Positions 27,844 through 38,004 of a stretch of DNA of 64,000 bases are shown piece by piece; within the stretch, counting starts at the first letter, position 1, and each line of letters opens with the position of its first letter. The position numbers and the translations under genes are program-made. Under the pieces are notes generated by a model, which did not search any database, was not told the origin of the DNA, and saw only the letters and a list, made by a program, of their open reading frames with translations. Origin of the DNA: Longimicrobiales bacterium (lineage in GTDB: Bacteria; Gemmatimonadota; Gemmatimonadetes; Longimicrobiales; Gaopeijiaceae); assembly GCA_965116905.1 (NCBI GenBank), contig OZ220732.1, positions 512,001 through 576,000 on the forward strand, written 5' to 3'.

Positions 27844-30639
27844 CTACCCCTTACAGTCGTACCAGGTCTGCCCCGTGCCCACGTCCACCTGCAGCGGCAC
27901 ATTGAGATCCATGGCGGACTCCATCACCTCCACAACGGTGTCCGTCAATTCGGCCACCCGGTCTTCAGCGACCTCGAACACCAGCTCGTCGTGGACCTGG
28001 AGGAGCATGCGAACCCCGGGCGTCCCGCGCAGAGCATCGCGCAGCCGAATCATCGCCACCTTGATCAGGTCCGCGGCCGTGCCCTGAATCGGGGTGTTCT
28101 GTGCCACCCGCTCACCGAACTGGCGTACGTTCCAGGCACGGGCGCGGAGTTCCGGCACGAATCGGCGCCGTCCCATGAGGGTGGCCACGTACCCCAGGTC
28201 CTTCGCCCGGGCCACCTGTTCATCAAGGAAGGTTCGCACCCCCGCGAACCGTTCGAAGTACTGCGCGATGAAGCGCTTCGCCTCCTCCATCGGAATCCCC
28301 AGTTGACGGGCGAGCGAGAACGGGCCCTGTCCATAGAGCGTGGCAAAGTTCACCGTCTTGGCCTGGTCGCGCATCCGCCCGGTCACCTCCTCCACGGGCA
28401 CCTCGAAGATCACCGCCGCGGTCTCGCGATGGACGTCCTTTCCGTCGCGAAACGCCGTGACAAAGACCTCGTCCCCGGAAAAATGCGCCAGGATGCGCAG
28501 TTCGATCTGAGAGTAGTCCGCGGTCATGAGCAGGGATCCCCCAGGAGCCACGAATCCCCGGCGAATCTCCCGTCCGACCGCGGTACGGATGGGGATGTTC
28601 TGGAGGTTGGGATCGGAGGACGAGAGGCGGCCGGTCGCGGCTACAGTCTGGTTGAAGGTTGTGTGAATGCGCCGCGTCTCGGGGTTGACCAGCGCCGGAA
28701 GCGCGTCCACGTAGGTATTCCTGAGCTTCTCGAGTTGTCGGTAGTCCAGGAGCAGCCGTGGCAGCTGATGGTCGCGAAGGGCCAGCTCCTCGAGCACCGA
28801 TGAATCCGTGGAGGGACCCGTCTTGGTCCGCTTCAGGACCGGCAGTTCAAGGCGCTCGAAGAGGACTTCGCGCAGCTGCGGCGTCGAGTTGATGTTGAAT
28901 TCCGTGCCCGCCACGCGGTGAATGTCGTCCCGGATCAGGCGCAGTTCATCGCCCAGCTTGCGGCTCATCTCCGCAAAGAAGGCGGAATCGATGCCGACGC
29001 CGTTCATCTCCATGTCCGCCAGGACCGGGATCAGCGGGATCTCCAACTCCCGGAAGAGCGTCTCCAGCGAGCTGTCGTCCGAGCCCGACGGCGGGTCCGC
29101 AAGCCGTTCACGGAACAGGGACCAGAGCCGTAGCGGCAGCTCGACCTGCTCGCACGCGAACTCATGGGCCTCCTCGGCGGAAACCTCGCCCAGGGTGCGC
29201 CGCTTTTTGCCCGTTCCGAGCACCTTGGCGGGCGGCGTGGCCGTGGCGCCGAGAAAGTCCGTGGCGAGGGCGGCGAGATCCTGACGGCGGCGCCCCGGGT
29301 CCAGCACGTAGGATGCCACCATGACGTCCCGGAAGGGTCCGTCCAGCTTCAGCCCGGCACGCCGGCACGCGATCAGCGAAGCCTTGATGTCGTGACCGAT
29401 CTTGACGATTGCAGGGTCGTCCAGAACGGCCCGTATCGGAGCGAAGGCCTCGTGATCCAGCGGTGGGAGATTGGCCGGGTGCGCATCGTCCTCCTCCCCG
29501 AGTGCCAGCGCCATCGTGGCCTCGTGCCCGACGGGCAGGTAGTACGACGTGTCCGCGTCGGCGGCGACAGCCACGCCGGCAACACCACCCCGCGTGGGCT
29601 GCAGGCTGCGGTTCAACACGGCCACGGCCATCCGCCCCTGCTCCCGGCAGGCCCGGGCGACCTCTTGCAACTGGCCTGGATCCGTGACGAGCACTCGCCT
29701 GGATTGCGCCACCGGAGGACCGCTCCCGGCCGTACCGCCACCGGTCTCGGCATCCAGCCTGTCGAGCAGAGTCCGGAACTCCAGATCAACGAACAGGGTC
29801 CGAAGGCGCTGGTTGTCGGGGTCCGAAGTGCGCAGGTCCTCGAGGTCCGTGTCGAGCGCGAGGTCGGTGCGAATCGTGACCAGCTCCCTGGACAGCAGGA
29901 TCTGCTCACGGTGCTCCAGCAGCGACTCGCGCGGGCGTTTGGCCTTCACCTCCCCGGCCCGGGAAAGCACTTCGTCCAGGGTCCCGTATTGCTCCAGGAG
30001 CTTCACCGCCGTCTTGGGTCCGATGCCCGGAGCCCCGGGCACGTTGTCCGAGCTGTCACCGACGAGCGCCAGGTAGTCTACGACCTGGCGGGGCGCGACC
30101 CCCAGCTTCGTTGTCGCCGCCTGCTCGTCGACCCAGTTGGCCGCCACCCCGTGCGGCCCGCCGCGTCCCGGATTCAGCAGCTGCACGCCCGGACCGACCA
30201 GCTGAAAGAAGTCCTTGTCGCCCGAGACGATCACGACCTCCAGCCCCTCCGCCACCGCCCGTGCAGCGAGGGTCCCGATCACGTCGTCCGCCTCCCATCC
30301 CTCCACCGCCACCACCTGGTCGCGGAAGGCTTCGACCATCTCCCGGATGCGGGGCAGACTGTCGCGCAGCTCCTCGGGCATCTTCTCGCGAGTGGCCTTG
30401 TATTCGGGATACAGCTCTTCCCGGTGACTCCGTCCCGCATCGAAGACGACCGCAATGTAGTCGGGCTCGTAGTCGTCCCGGATGCCGTAGAGGAAGTTGG
30501 CGAAGCCGAAGGGCGCCGACGTGTTCTCGCCGCGGGCGTTCGTGAGCGGACGGCTCAGGAACGCGAAGAAGGAACGATAAATCAGCGCGTATGCATCGAT
30601 CAGGAAGATGCGCGGCGCGGTTTTGGGTGGGATTTCCAT
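27844..30639 (-). CDS. polA: DNA polymerase I
   Basis: 5'-3' exonuclease EADDVIGTL, GDSSDNVPG; polymerase TGRLSSSDPNLQNIP, DYSQIELR, QVHDELVFE. Confidence 0.97.
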   Translation of the reverse strand: MEIPPKTAPRIFLIDAYALIYRSFFAFLSRPLTNARGENTSAPFGFANFLYGIRDDYEPDYIAVVFDAGRSHREELYPEYKATREKMPEELRDSLPRIREMVEAFRDQVVAVEGWEADDVIGTLAARAVAEGLEVVIVSGDKDFFQLVGPGVQLLNPGRGGPHGVAANWVDEQAATTKLGVAPRQVVDYLALVGDSSDNVPGAPGIGPKTAVKLLEQYGTLDEVLSRAGEVKAKRPRESLLEHREQILLSRELVTIRTDLALDTDLEDLRTSDPDNQRLRTLFVDLEFRTLLDRLDAETGGGTAGSGPPVAQSRRVLVTDPGQLQEVARACREQGRMAVAVLNRSLQPTRGGVAGVAVAADADTSYYLPVGHEATMALALGEEDDAHPANLPPLDHEAFAPIRAVLDDPAIVKIGHDIKASLIACRRAGLKLDGPFRDVMVASYVLDPGRRRQDLAALATDFLGATATPPAKVLGTGKKRRTLGEVSAEEAHEFACEQVELPLRLWSLFRERLADPPSGSDDSSLETLFRELEIPLIPVLADMEMNGVGIDSAFFAEMSRKLGDELRLIRDDIHRVAGTEFNINSTPQLREVLFERLELPVLKRTKTGPSTDSSVLEELALRDHQLPRLLLDYRQLEKLRNTYVDALPALVNPETRRIHTTFNQTVAATGRLSSSDPNLQNIPIRTAVGREIRRGFVAPGGSLLMTADYSQIELRILAHFSGDEVFVTAFRDGKDVHRETAAVIFEVPVEEVTGRMRDQAKTVNFATLYGQGPFSLARQLGIPMEEAKRFIAQYFERFAGVRTFLDEQVARAKDLGYVATLMGRRRFVPELRARAWNVRQFGERVAQNTPIQGTAADLIKVAMIRLRDALRGTPGVRMLLQVHDELVFEVAEDRVAELTDTVVEVMESAMDLNVPLQVDVGTGQTWYDCKG

Positions 30640-30719
30640 AGGTCGGCCGAACTCGGTCCGGCCCGCGGCCCCTGGCGAAGGTGGGCTGCGGTTGGGCCGG
30701 TCCGGGGCCCCGGAGTAAC

Positions 30720-30748
30720 TTGCACGTGGACCAGCACGGCAATATAAC
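30720..30748 (+). promoter_or_regulatory. Sigma70-type promoter upstream of the MscS gene
   Basis: TTGCAC-N17-TATAAC. Confidence 0.6.
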
Positions 30749-30896
30749 GAGTTCGCGGCGGATGCATCGGTGCACGAAACGCCGCGATGCATTCGGATCA
30801 GGACACCAGACGAGAGCTGCCAAACATGCGACATCCCGCGGCAGATTGATTGCAATGCGATTTCGGCCACGCCACCCCGCCCGGCGCCGGGAGTTC

Positions 30897-32105
30897 GTGA
30901 AACCCCTCCTGCCGCTCCTGATTCTGGCGGGCTGCGTTGAAAGGGAGGGTCCGGCGGGCAGCGGGGACGACGCCGGGGAGGCACCCGCGGTGGAGGCACC
31001 CGCAACGGAAGTGCCCCCGGTGGAGGTGCCCGCAGCCGAAGTGCCCCCGGTGGAGGCACCCGCGGCCGAGCAGGCCGGTGTCGCCGACAGCGCGCAGACG
31101 CCTGTGGCGGATACCGTTTCAGCGGACTCCCTGTCGGCGAGGCTCAACGAGATCATGGCCGCACAGGAGCGCATTCTCGGCCGACTCGAGCTGATGGAGA
31201 CCACAGGAACGCAGGACACGGCGTCGGCCACCGATGTCGCAGCGGCCGAACCCCAGGGACTCGACCTGGAGGAGGCGCGGGATGAAGTCCAGAGCCTCGG
31301 GGTCGGCATCTTCTGGTCGCTCGTGGTGCTCGTGGTGTTCCACTTCCTCATCCGCGCCCTCATCTGGATTCTGGAGACCCTCGCCGAACGCAGCGTCAGG
31401 CGCCGGCTCACGTTCAAGTGGCTGATTCCCATCACGCGCATGCTGCTCTGGGGGGTCGCGGGCTACCTGATCGTGCGCACGATCTTCCGGGTCGACGCGC
31501 AGGGACTGCTTGCGGCCAGCGCCGCGCTCGGGGTCGCCCTCGGCTTCGCGGCGCAGGATCTGCTGAAGAACGTCTTCGGCGGCCTGATCGTCGTGTTCGA
31601 CCAGCCGTTCCAGGTCGGCGACAAGATCTCGGTTGGCGGAACGTACGGGGAAGTGGTTTCGATCGGCCTTCGTTCGACGCGAATCGTGACCGCGGACGAC
31701 AACCTGGTCACCGTGCCGAACTCGCAGGTCGTGCAGGAACAGGTGGCCAACGCCAACGCCGGCAAGCTCAACTGCCAGGTGGTCACGGATCTCTACCTTC
31801 CCGGCCGGGTCGACGAGAAGAGGGCAAAGGACATCGCCTTCGACGCTGCCGTGACCTCGCAGTACGTCTTCCTGGAAAGGCCGATCGAGGTCTTCGTCAC
31901 GGATCAGTTCCGCACCACTTTCGTGACCCACCTGCGGGTGCGTGCCTACGTGCTCGATCCGCGCTTCGAGTTTCTTCTGCGAAGCGACATCACCGAGCGC
32001 GCGCGTGAGGGATTCAGGGCCGAGGGCCTGGCGGCCACACAGGACTGGTACGCGCCCGCCGATCCCGAAGACGCGGCCGAACTCGCCGGTCCGACAGCGC
32101 CGTGA
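30897..32105 (+). CDS. MscS family mechanosensitive channel with lipoprotein-like N-terminal extension
   Basis: LGFAAQDLLKNVFGG, PFQVGDKI, IGLRST, VPNS; lipobox LAGC; Pro/Ala/Glu/Val repeats. Confidence 0.88.
   Translation: MKPLLPLLILAGCVEREGPAGSGDDAGEAPAVEAPATEVPPVEVPAAEVPPVEAPAAEQAGVADSAQTPVADTVSADSLSARLNEIMAAQERILGRLELMETTGTQDTASATDVAAAEPQGLDLEEARDEVQSLGVGIFWSLVVLVVFHFLIRALIWILETLAERSVRRRLTFKWLIPITRMLLWGVAGYLIVRTIFRVDAQGLLAASAALGVALGFAAQDLLKNVFGGLIVVFDQPFQVGDKISVGGTYGEVVSIGLRSTRIVTADDNLVTVPNSQVVQEQVANANAGKLNCQVVTDLYLPGRVDEKRAKDIAFDAAVTSQYVFLERPIEVFVTDQFRTTFVTHLRVRAYVLDPRFEFLLRSDITERAREGFRAEGLAATQDWYAPADPEDAAELAGPTAP
30978..31070 (+). repeat. Coding 15-nt-unit tandem repeat (E[A/V]P[A/P]x)
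   Basis: EAPAV EAPAT EVPPV EVPAA EVPPV EAPAA. Confidence 0.8.
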
Positions 32106-35100
32106 GCCCATCCGCCTCACCGCGCACCGTCGATCGCGCACCGCCCGGCATGACCGACGACGAAATCGTCGCCGCGATCGCCACCGCCGTTCACGACCCC
32201 TTCCGCGCCCTGTGGCGGGACCAGGACGAACGGGCCTGGCAACCCATTCGCCACGTCCTAGCACACGCAACGGCCGCGCATGCGGACGCTGTCGAACAGC
32301 TCGCGGCTACCGACGGCCCGCCTGAGGAATACCGCCGCCGCGCGGCGCGTGACGTACTCAAGCCCATCCGTCTCGCCCTGCTTCGGGCCGACCTCGCCAC
32401 GCGGCTCCACGGCCACCTGGAGGCGACGACGGGGGATGTGCGCGCCGCCCTGGAGGAACTGCCCGTGCGGGTGCGCACTCCACTGGCGCCCACCGCGCTT
32501 CAGCATCGTCGCGGACTGGGAGCCGCAGAACGACTCCGACGGTTCACCGCGCGGGCGTTGCGCCCCATCGTTTGGCGGCGCAAGGACCACGATGTCGAGG
32601 TGGCCCGCCTCGCGCGTCAACATCTCGAGTCGCATGTAATTCCGGCCCAGGCCCGAGCCTTCCGCGCCAGTCAGCGCGCCCGGGCCGAATGGCTGGGACG
32701 CATGGAGCGCGCATGGTCCGTGTGGACTGTCACCGGCGCGGGCCGTGCCGCAGATGGAGTGCCGGGGGTCCAGGCGGTGCCGGAGGCCGATGGAGTGCCG
32801 GCGGCCGCGGAGAAGCTCCAGAGCGAGTTGAGCGCACTGTTCGACGGCATTTCGGAGGCGTCGGGGCACGCGAAAGGCCGGGATTTCGAGGGCCTGACCC
32901 ATCGCCTGAACGCGACCGTGGCCGTGGCCGGGACGTTTGTCGCCAGCGGGGATTCCGGGACTTCCGGGGTCCGCAAGACCCGGGATCTGGCGCGCCAGTG
33001 GGACGAATGGGCCGTGCAGGCGGCAAGGCGCCTGGAGCTTCTTCACCGCCTGCTGGGGGCAACGACAGGCACCCGCGCGATCAGCCGGCGCATGGTCGAG
33101 AGCTGGGGACGCACTGTCCAGGAGGCGGATGGCGTGTTGGAGACGTTGGAGAGTGAGCTGCGCGCCGCAATCGCGCGCGCTTCGCGATCGATGTCGGTCG
33201 CAGCGGAGCTGTCGGAGGCGTTGCGCCGGGAGCAGACCAGAACGGTAGATCGGCTGAGCAAGTCGGCCGGGGCGCTGGATGCACCGTCCCGTTTTGCACG
33301 CAAGCTGACCGCCGGGGCGGAAGAGGCCGTCGCCGACATTGAGGCACTCTGCCTGCAATTGCCCGAATCGCTGGCCGTCCACGACCTTCCCGATGCCGGT
33401 GAGCCCATCCGTGCTCCGGGGCGGGACGTGCGGGAGGTCGAAGTGCGGGACGCTGCCGTCCAGGCATTCGATACGCTCAGAATGGAGCGCATTCACACGG
33501 CGCCGCAGGCGGTGGCTCGCGCGCTGGAGGACGCCGGCGGGCAGGTCACGGAACTCATTGAAGTGTCCTCCTACGGATACGAGGCGGCGATCGCCGAAAT
33601 CTCGGACACGGGCAACGCCGAGCCCGGGCAGGCGATCGCCCTCGTCTCCAACGGGCTCGAGAGAGCAGGCGACAAGGCCAATCGGGCGCGCGAAGAACTG
33701 GACAGCGGGTTCCGGGCCGCGGTGCAACGCGCCCTTGCCGAGGTCGACGAGGGCACGGACCGGCTCACGCGGCGGGTCACGGCGGACCGCCTGACCGCAG
33801 GCTACCTGGATGCGCGATCCTACGTGGCGACCGAAGTGGTGCAGGATTGGCGGCGTTGGCGGAGCCGCCTCGCGGATCTGGGCCGCCGCGTCGCCGTGGG
33901 AATCGGGAGCCTGGGCAGGTTGCTCCGCCCCCTGGCCAGCACCCTGGGCATCCGTCCCCCGCCACCGGGCACGACCGACCTCCGCGCACACACGCTGGCC
34001 TCGGCCGCCGAGTTCGTCCGCACGCTGCCGATTGTCTACCGCCGCCTGTTCGCTTTTGAGCCGCTGACAGACCCGGGCCTGCTCGCCGGAAGGGAAGATG
34101 CGCTTGCCGAGCTCGCGGCCGACTGGGAACGCTGGCAGGCCGGCGGGCCGGGATGCCAGGTCGTGGTGACCCCGCCGGGCGCGGGCATCACGAGCTTTCT
34201 GAACGTCGTGGCCGGACGCTTCGCCGACGACGAGCCGAACGCCGTGAGGAAGATCCTGCGTGAACGAATCCGTGACGAAGCCGTGCTCGCGGCGACCCTT
34301 GCCGACTGGCTGGGACTTGAAGAGACCGCCGACCTCGACCTCCTGGCCGAACGCGTTCTCGAGACACCGGCCGGTACGATCCCCCGCGTCGTAATCCTTG
34401 AAAGCGCCGAGCACCTGCACCTCCGCGTTCGCGGCGGAAGCCGTCTCTTCGAGCGCCTTCTCGGCCTCATGGCCAGGACCGAGGCCCGGATCTTCTGGGT
34501 CGTTTCGCTGACTTCATCGGCCTGGCAACTGGTCCGCAAACGTGCGCCGGGCTACGTCACCGACGTCAAGCGCATCCCTCTCTCGCCCCTTACCCCGGAT
34601 CAGCTGCGAGACGCGATCCTCGCACGCCACCTGCGCAGCGGCCTCCCCCTGCAGTACGCCCAGCCGACTCGTGGACGCGAGGCGATCCGCACCCGGGCGC
34701 AGCAGATGCGCCGAAGCGACAAGCAACAGCACCTGATCGAGAAGAGCTACTTCGAGCGGCTGCACAGGGCTGCCCACGGCTCCATCCGTCTGGCGCTCTT
34801 CCACTGGCTGCGGTCAGCCGACTTCCAGACCCTGGAGGGAAGCCTGCTCGTTCAGCCGCTGGAGCCGCTCAGTCCACAGCTGGACATGCTCGACCTGACC
34901 CAGAGCTTTGCGCTCAAGGCGATCCTCGACCACGGCACGCTGACCGTCGACGAATACCGTGAGGTGGCCCGTGCGCCCGCGCCCCAGGCTCCGCACACCT
35001 TCCGGTCCCTCATGGACCAGCATGTGATCGAGCTCCCCGGCGGCGCCGACGGATCGAACGGCCCGGATCACGCACAGACGGACCGCTATCGGGTCAGGCC

Positions 35101-35155
35101 CTTCATGAGCGGAGCGGTGATCGCCCACCTGCGATCCCGCAATATCCTGCACTAG
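32102..35155 (+). CDS. Large helical protein with C-terminal degenerate P-loop (AAA/STAND-like) domain
   Basis: LLAGREDAL, PPGAGITSFLN (Walker A-like), VVILESAEHL (Walker B-like), GSIRLAL; alternative start 32150. Confidence 0.72.
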   Translation: MSPSASPRTVDRAPPGMTDDEIVAAIATAVHDPFRALWRDQDERAWQPIRHVLAHATAAHADAVEQLAATDGPPEEYRRRAARDVLKPIRLALLRADLATRLHGHLEATTGDVRAALEELPVRVRTPLAPTALQHRRGLGAAERLRRFTARALRPIVWRRKDHDVEVARLARQHLESHVIPAQARAFRASQRARAEWLGRMERAWSVWTVTGAGRAADGVPGVQAVPEADGVPAAAEKLQSELSALFDGISEASGHAKGRDFEGLTHRLNATVAVAGTFVASGDSGTSGVRKTRDLARQWDEWAVQAARRLELLHRLLGATTGTRAISRRMVESWGRTVQEADGVLETLESELRAAIARASRSMSVAAELSEALRREQTRTVDRLSKSAGALDAPSRFARKLTAGAEEAVADIEALCLQLPESLAVHDLPDAGEPIRAPGRDVREVEVRDAAVQAFDTLRMERIHTAPQAVARALEDAGGQVTELIEVSSYGYEAAIAEISDTGNAEPGQAIALVSNGLERAGDKANRAREELDSGFRAAVQRALAEVDEGTDRLTRRVTADRLTAGYLDARSYVATEVVQDWRRWRSRLADLGRRVAVGIGSLGRLLRPLASTLGIRPPPPGTTDLRAHTLASAAEFVRTLPIVYRRLFAFEPLTDPGLLAGREDALAELAADWERWQAGGPGCQVVVTPPGAGITSFLNVVAGRFADDEPNAVRKILRERIRDEAVLAATLADWLGLEETADLDLLAERVLETPAGTIPRVVILESAEHLHLRVRGGSRLFERLLGLMARTEARIFWVVSLTSSAWQLVRKRAPGYVTDVKRIPLSPLTPDQLRDAILARHLRSGLPLQYAQPTRGREAIRTRAQQMRRSDKQQHLIEKSYFERLHRAAHGSIRLALFHWLRSADFQTLEGSLLVQPLEPLSPQLDMLDLTQSFALKAILDHGTLTVDEYREVARAPAPQAPHTFRSLMDQHVIELPGGADGSNGPDHAQTDRYRVRPFMSGAVIAHLRSRNILH

Positions 35156-35202
35156 CCGGCGGCGGCGTCCGGTGCCACCCGCCGGCGGAACGGTCCGGAC
35201 GG

Positions 35203-35403
35203 TCAGGCTCGAATCACATTCGCCGCCTGCAGGCCCCGTTCCGTTTCCCGGAGTTCAAACTCCACCTCTTCTCCCTCGGCGAGGGTTCGAAAGCCCTCGC
35301 CCTGAATCGAGGTGAAGTGAACGAAGACGTCCTCGCCCGCAGACCGGGAGATGAATCCGTAGCCCTTTGCATCGTTGAACCACTTGACCGTCCCTCTCGC
35401 CAT
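35203..35403 (-). CDS. Cold-shock protein
   Basis: [28 protein letters not shown]. Confidence 0.96.
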   Translation of the reverse strand: MARGTVKWFNDAKGYGFISRSAGEDVFVHFTSIQGEGFRTLAEGEEVEFELRETERGLQAANVIRA

Positions 35404-35477
35404 TCCTGCCATCCTTCGAAGATTTGGTTGTGCGTTCGGACGCTTCCAGGGAGGAACGCGCCCGCGATAACGGCTGC

Positions 35478-35507
35478 ATGATGGGGATGCGCGGCCAAGG
35501 GCGTCAA
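35478..35507 (-). promoter_or_regulatory. Putative promoter of the cold-shock gene
   Basis: TTGACG-N18-CATCAT on the minus strand. Confidence 0.4.
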
Positions 35508-35533
35508 GCGACTGGCCGCGGGCAATCGAACGG

Positions 35534-37171
35534 CTATCCGGTGAACTCCAGCGTCCCGATCCGGTCGCGCACCCTGTGCGTCACGAACCGGGGCATCAGC
35601 AGGGCCGCTACCGTGAGCACGGCGATCACCGCCACGGTGTTCAGCGGATGCGCATACGCCACCCAGAGCAACAGCGGCAACAGCCCCACGCCGACCGCTC
35701 CGAAGAGCATGACCCCCATCACCGGACCGATCTTTGTCCCGGTGCGGGGCGGCGCCGCGAAGGGAAGACGTGGCGCGGCGATCAGCACCGCGTGGACCAG
35801 AATGTGGCCCATGAGGCCGAGCACCAGCACGTGTGCGACCGCATGCCAAAAATTGCCAAACGCCCAGGCCAGGACCCCGGCGAGCATGACGAGATACGGG
35901 ATCAGGAAGAAGACGGTCACGCAGTTGCCGGAGTTGCTGACCAGCCTTGCCCGGTCGACAGGGGCCGCGAAGAACACCCAGGCCGCCTTGTAGGATTCGC
36001 TCCGGAAGAGGTTCTCCATCAACATCAGCGGCATGCCCAGCACGGCGAAGTGAATGAGAAACAGGTTGCTGGCTCCGAAGCCCAGCTCCACGAAGGGATC
36101 GGGGAGCGGTCCTTCCCGGAGTCCCATGAAGACGTACAGCACCGTGACCGGCAGAATGGCCAGGACACCGAGCCTGAAGTTCATGTCGTCCCGGAACTGT
36201 CCGCGCACCAGCGTCGCAACGGCGCGCAGTTCGGGAGACATCCGGACTCGCGCCGATCCGCCAGTCCCCCGCGACCCCCGCGACCGCCGCGGCCGCCGCG
36301 GACCCGTGCTTCTCGACGCCATGGCACCCAGGCGTTCGGCGTAGGACAACGACAGTCGGCCCCCGACGTAGCGAACGAGGACGAAGATGCTACCGAACGC
36401 GACGGCCGCGGACACCAGGATCGACGCGCTCCAATTCCCCTCGGCCAGGGGAAGCAGGCTCGCGAACCATGTCGAAGGCAGCACCAGGAGCTGGATCGGT
36501 GGATCGACCGCGTTGGTCGGAAGCCAGTCCGTCATCGTGACCAGGGCCAGCGGAGCGAACACCGCGAATCCCGCCACGAGCTGCAGGTAGGACAGCACGC
36601 GCCGCAGGCGTCGCTGCGGGATCAGGTGTATCATCGCGGCGTACATGTACAGCATCGCCAGCGTGGTCCAGATGATGACCCCGGCCAACGCCGCAATCCA
36701 CGCCGCCGCCACCAGCGGACCGTAGACCACCAGAAACGCGATCGTCGCGAATCCCCCCATGAGGCTGCCGGTTATTCCGGTGTACAGCAGGACACTGGTC
36801 ACCTTCACGACGAAGTAGGTACGCGAGGAGATGGGCTGATGGCCCAGGATCTCGTAGTCGTTCGCCGAAACGACCACCGACTGGAAATCGACCAGAATCG
36901 ATGTCGCGATCATGATGCAGATCATGAGAAGCACAAGCGTGCCCGACATGAAGGCACCCGGCACTTCCACGGCGATGAAGCTGTTGTAGAGGCCGAACAG
37001 ACCATACATCACGAGCGTGCCCCAGGGGATCTTGCGGCCGCGCTTTTCCTTGCCGGTTGTCGACTGAAGGGCCTTGGCCGTGCGCAGCTGGCTCTTCAGC
37101 ATCGTCCGGGTGAGTACGCGCCACTGGGAGTAGTCGGCTCCCGTCGCTTCGACCACCCACCGTCCGAGCAT
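35534..37171 (-). CDS. ABC-2-type exporter permease (two-repeat)
   Basis: Two blocks of TM helices; [16 protein letters not shown]; coupled to the ATPase stop. Confidence 0.8.
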   Translation of the reverse strand: MLGRWVVEATGADYSQWRVLTRTMLKSQLRTAKALQSTTGKEKRGRKIPWGTLVMYGLFGLYNSFIAVEVPGAFMSGTLVLLMICIMIATSILVDFQSVVVSANDYEILGHQPISSRTYFVVKVTSVLLYTGITGSLMGGFATIAFLVVYGPLVAAAWIAALAGVIIWTTLAMLYMYAAMIHLIPQRRLRRVLSYLQLVAGFAVFAPLALVTMTDWLPTNAVDPPIQLLVLPSTWFASLLPLAEGNWSASILVSAAVAFGSIFVLVRYVGGRLSLSYAERLGAMASRSTGPRRPRRSRGSRGTGGSARVRMSPELRAVATLVRGQFRDDMNFRLGVLAILPVTVLYVFMGLREGPLPDPFVELGFGASNLFLIHFAVLGMPLMLMENLFRSESYKAAWVFFAAPVDRARLVSNSGNCVTVFFLIPYLVMLAGVLAWAFGNFWHAVAHVLVLGLMGHILVHAVLIAAPRLPFAAPPRTGTKIGPVMGVMLFGAVGVGLLPLLLWVAYAHPLNTVAVIAVLTVAALLMPRFVTHRVRDRIGTLEFTG

Positions 37172-38004
37172 CAGGTCGTATCGCTATCCGTGGGGCCGGA
37201 GCGGGGTCCTGGGTCGGTCGGCAGCGCAGCTACCGGGGCGCCCGAATCCAGCGCGGTCAGGAGCCCGCGCGTAACCTCGGCCGCGTCACGCTTGCCGGTC
37301 AGTCGGGCGAACGCCTGCTCAAGGCTGGTGGCACCCGCCTCGGCTGCGATCGTCGCGGCGGTGCCTTCGGTGACCTTCCGTGCCTCGTCGATGATCACGA
37401 TCCGGGTGCAGATTCGCTCCACCACTTCGAGAATGTGCGAGCAGAAAAGGATCGTCCGCCCCTGCGAGGCCAGCTCGCGCAGCAGTTCCTTGACCACCAG
37501 GGCGGCGTTGGCGTCAAGGCCGTTCAGGGGTTCGTCCAGAAAGAGCACCTCCGGGTTGCCGATCAGCGCCGAGGTGATCAGCACCTTCTGCTTCATCCCC
37601 TTGGAGTGTTCCGAAAGCAGCTGATCCAGCGAGTCGAGCATTCCGAAGAGATCCAGCAACTCGTCGATCCTCCTGCCGGCGGCTTCGGCCTCGATGCCCC
37701 GCAAGCTCGAGACCATCATGAGGTACTCTCGCGCAGTCAGTGCCTCGTACATCGCCCCGGCTTCCGGCACGTACCCCAGACGCCTCTTGACCTCCATGGG
37801 GTCCTGCACCACATCGAACCCCGCCACCCGGGCCGACCCCCGCGATGGCCTGATCATGCAGGTGAGGATTTTCACCGTGGTGGTCTTGCCCGCTCCGTTC
37901 GGCCCCAGAAAGCCGAGGATCTCGCCCGGCTCCACCCGCATGTCGAGTTCCTTGACGGCTGCCTTGCGGTCGAAGTAGCGGGTCAGCTGCAGCGTCTCGA
38001 TCAT
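37171..38004 (-). CDS. ABC transporter ATP-binding protein
   Basis: GPNGAGKTT, HSKGMKQK, LFLDEP, CSH. Confidence 0.95.
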   Translation of the reverse strand: MIETLQLTRYFDRKAAVKELDMRVEPGEILGFLGPNGAGKTTTVKILTCMIRPSRGSARVAGFDVVQDPMEVKRRLGYVPEAGAMYEALTAREYLMMVSSLRGIEAEAAGRRIDELLDLFGMLDSLDQLLSEHSKGMKQKVLITSALIGNPEVLFLDEPLNGLDANAALVVKELLRELASQGRTILFCSHILEVVERICTRIVIIDEARKVTEGTAATIAAEAGATSLEQAFARLTGKRDAAEVTRGLLTALDSGAPVAALPTDPGPRSGPTDSDTT

